Assembly (NCBI RefSeq): GCF_001945605.1
Contig: NZ_MPKA01000102.1
Location: 1,006 to 33,005 of the forward strand
Reading direction: 5' to 3'
Length of the DNA stretch: 32,000 bases
Source: Dubosiella newyorkensis
GTDB taxonomy: Bacteria; Bacillota_I; Bacilli_A; Erysipelotrichales; Erysipelotrichaceae
Within the stretch, counting starts at the first letter, position 1. Each line of letters starts with the position of its first letter. The notes under the pieces were generated by a model, which saw nothing but the letters and a program-made list of their open reading frames with translations, did not search any database and had not been told where the DNA came from. Shown in pieces: positions 29,992 to 32,000 of this stretch. Position numbers and translations under genes: made by a program.

Positions 29992-30651
29992 ATGGTCAAT
30001 ATTTTGATGAATACGAGTATGATCGACGAGGCGTGGTGCTTTCCAATCTTGAGGCGGTATATCAAGCCGAATATGAAAGTGTGTGTGGTGGCGCTCTCGT
30101 TTTTTGACGACACGAAAACCCAAGCGGATTGGAACAAGCAATACCAAAAGGGGAGCGGGATCTGGTATCGCGCCAATCACGATGTCTTTTTTAAATATGG
30201 GATCAAGGATGAAGATATTTCTTGGATCAACTATTTTCAAGACTCGAAGGAAGCGATGAAGGAAAAGATCGAAAGCGCGGATCTTGTTTTGTTTACGGGA
30301 GGGGCGCCTGATCTGATGATGAAGCGGATCAAAGAGAAGAAGCTTAAAAAAGCGCTCCAGCAATTTGATGGAGTCATTATTGGCTATAGCGCGGGCGCGA
30401 TGATCCAGCTGGATGAATATCATATTAGTCCAGATCCAGATTATCCAAGTTTTTCTTATGAACGTGGCTTAGCGTATCAAAACGATTTTGATATCGAAGT
30501 GCATTATGATCAAACGAAGACGCAGCTTGCTTCGATCAAGCGTGTCTTAGAGGAAAAGAAAAAGCCAGTCTATGCGATCTATGAGAAGGGTGGTTTGATC
30601 GTAGAGGAAACGGGGATCACGTGTTTTGGTAAAGTCGATTTGTTTGAATGA
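29992..30651 (+). CDS. Peptidase S51 (dipeptidase E)-like / type 1 glutamine amidotransferase-like protein
   Basis: ...ADLVLFTGGAPDLMM... and the nucleophile-elbow-like IIGYSAGAM. ATG at 29992 lies 8 nt after aggag; the track start at 29974 is a TTG inside the terminator. Confidence 0.7.
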   Translation: MVNILMNTSMIDEAWCFPILRRYIKPNMKVCVVALSFFDDTKTQADWNKQYQKGSGIWYRANHDVFFKYGIKDEDISWINYFQDSKEAMKEKIESADLVLFTGGAPDLMMKRIKEKKLKKALQQFDGVIIGYSAGAMIQLDEYHISPDPDYPSFSYERGLAYQNDFDIEVHYDQTKTQLASIKRVLEEKKKPVYAIYEKGGLIVEETGITCFGKVDLFE

Positions 30652-30676
30652 GTTTTGAGGTTTCTTCATTAAAAAA

Positions 30677-30706
30677 TGGAAGCGTGTTTGTGATCAACAC
30701 GCTTTT
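30677..30706. terminator. Bidirectional terminator between convergent genes
   Basis: aagcgtgtt-tgtgatc-aacacgctt (30680-30704), with an A-run upstream and a T-run downstream. Confidence 0.7.
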
Positions 30707-31974
30707 TATGTTTGGGAAAACTGAAGATATTGGATCCAGCAGGCTTGGATCATCGAAGCGTTTTTATAGTCCTCGATCGATCGATAATACGCAGTCAAGA
30801 ACGGATAGAGGATCATTTCGAGTTCAACATCACGGAAATCAGGCAGTTGATTTAAGAGGCGTTCAATAAGAAGAGCAGGAAGCAGCTTGTTTTCGATTCT
30901 TTTTTCAAGTAGAACGAAAAACTGCTGGATAAAGTCTGTTCGTGGACTGGATGAAAAAAGAGCGCGGAATTCGAGGATGGATTGACGGGCTTCTTCAAGA
31001 TTTCCAAGTTTATAGTTTGCGTAGGCTAAGGTGATATAGATATCTGTAAACTTGCTGCCGGCTTTTTTAGCTTTTTTGGCTTGCAAAAGAGCGATTTCAT
31101 TATTTTCTTGGATAAGCGAACACCACGAATAAGATTCATATGTTCTTGGACGAATATTCTTTTCATCAATTTGTGATTGGCTTAATTCGAGTTCCCGATA
31201 TAATTTTTCCGCCAGTGTGTAGAGATGCAATTCCGCATATATGTTTCCTTTATTTAATTTGGCATGAATAAGTCGGCGATATGCGCCTGCTTTTTGGAGG
31301 TTATGTTCACATTCATCGCTATGTTCAAGAGAAGCAGTGAAATTGCCGGCGATTTTTTGTTTTAAAATCAAATGATATAAGATCAGACCTTTTAAGTTTT
31401 GCGAATCGATCGAGTTGCAGTAGCTCAATGCGGTATGCAAAGCTTGTATTTGTGTTTTCAAGACTTTTTTATCCATCGAATAAATCGAAACTCCATATAA
31501 ATCATATAGGACGGCTAAATGATAATGATCTTGAAAATAATCGGAATCAATCAGTTCCTTAATTTGTTCCATGCAGTCTATATCTAGAAAATTATCGTAA
31601 AGTCCCTGTAACAGCTGTATATGGAAATAAGCAAACGAATGGAGATATTTTGAATTATCCAGGATTGGTTTTATTTCATAAGCCATGGATTCATAAGTCA
31701 TCATCAAAAAAGCATGGACACTTTTCCTGATCCAGGACTCAACTTCTTCAATAAGATCCGGATCAAACGAAAAGCGGAAATCCTCATCAATTTTTTCAAA
31801 GAAATCAATCACCTTTTTGAAAGTTTTTTCATCTATTTCCTGCTTCCCAGCCTCGATTTTGCTCAAAGAACTATTCGGGATTTGAATGGCTTTGGCCAGG
31901 TTTTGTTGAGAAACTTCATAATATTTTCTTAAATGTTGGGTATAAATACGGTAAAACCTTGAATAATCGAACAT
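30706..31974 (-). CDS. XRE-type HTH plus TPR-like repeat regulator (RNPP-like; NprR/PlcR/Rgg/AimR architecture)
   Basis: N-terminal HTH (VSQQNLAKAIQIPNSSLSKIEAGKQEI), then about 350 aa of helical repeat sequence rich in Y/L/A...Y pairs. At 422 aa it is comparable in length to NprR. Confidence 0.75.
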   Translation of the reverse strand: MFDYSRFYRIYTQHLRKYYEVSQQNLAKAIQIPNSSLSKIEAGKQEIDEKTFKKVIDFFEKIDEDFRFSFDPDLIEEVESWIRKSVHAFLMMTYESMAYEIKPILDNSKYLHSFAYFHIQLLQGLYDNFLDIDCMEQIKELIDSDYFQDHYHLAVLYDLYGVSIYSMDKKVLKTQIQALHTALSYCNSIDSQNLKGLILYHLILKQKIAGNFTASLEHSDECEHNLQKAGAYRRLIHAKLNKGNIYAELHLYTLAEKLYRELELSQSQIDEKNIRPRTYESYSWCSLIQENNEIALLQAKKAKKAGSKFTDIYITLAYANYKLGNLEEARQSILEFRALFSSSPRTDFIQQFFVLLEKRIENKLLPALLIERLLNQLPDFRDVELEMILYPFLTAYYRSIEDYKNASMIQACWIQYLQFSQT

Positions 31975-32000
31975 TTTCTATCAAACTCCATTTCTTTTCA

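Noticed and set aside
30648-30869. 73-aa ORF starting at an ATGA overlap with the S51 peptidase stop; considered as a possible RNPP propeptide
   Set aside because: It reads straight through the bidirectional terminator hairpin and then runs antisense to the RNPP-like gene. It has no signal or hydrophobic leader and no RBS.

Overview
This is a chromosomal segment from a low/medium-GC Gram-positive bacterium (Bacillota). The pcrA-ligA-camS-gatCAB block is typical of Bacilli and Erysipelotrichia, and a choloylglycine (bile-salt) hydrolase homologue suggests a gut organism; I cannot assign a species. All calls rest on motifs read by eye, since no searches were possible.

Ordinary core content:
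- Hexuronate genes: a TRAP permease fragment and uxaC.
- A DAG-kinase-family lipid kinase.
- A MarR/Fe-alcohol dehydrogenase operon, divergent from TfoX-N and PNPOx-family genes.
- An rRNA-type SAM methyltransferase.
- A lipoprotein plus an acidic hypothetical protein.
- A bile-salt hydrolase family protein and an LCP (LytR-CpsA-Psr) protein.
- pcrA, ligA, camS and gatCAB.
- A membrane-anchored hypothetical protein and an S51 peptidase-like protein.

Three stretches look accessory, being visibly AT-richer and much poorer in GATC than their surroundings:
- 2849-10139: response regulator, histidine kinase and ABC-2 exporter on the minus strand. On the plus strand, three small membrane proteins followed by a BlaI-like repressor, a sensor-less BlaR1-like M56 protease and a small secreted protein.
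- About 14110-15700: a single AlbA_2/Schlafen-like putative DNA-binding ATPase.
- 30706 to the window end: a 422-aa HTH+TPR (RNPP-like) regulator.

Most notable sequence-level signals:
1. A 28-30 nt imperfect inverted repeat contains the RBS and start codon of both divergent operons in the first islet. It brackets a 248-bp AT-rich spacer, so it is a candidate invertible promoter switch or a duplicated translation-initiation region.
2. Six phased 11-bp tandem repeats lie on top of the promoter of the AlbA_2 gene.
3. GATC (and CGATCG/TCGA-type words) is very strongly over-represented in the core genes. This comes with near-total avoidance of TTA/CTA/TCA codons, which produces long codon-aligned antisense shadow ORFs.

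I saw no rRNA, tRNA, CRISPR array, transposase or integrase. None of the candidate systems can be proven from sequence alone.
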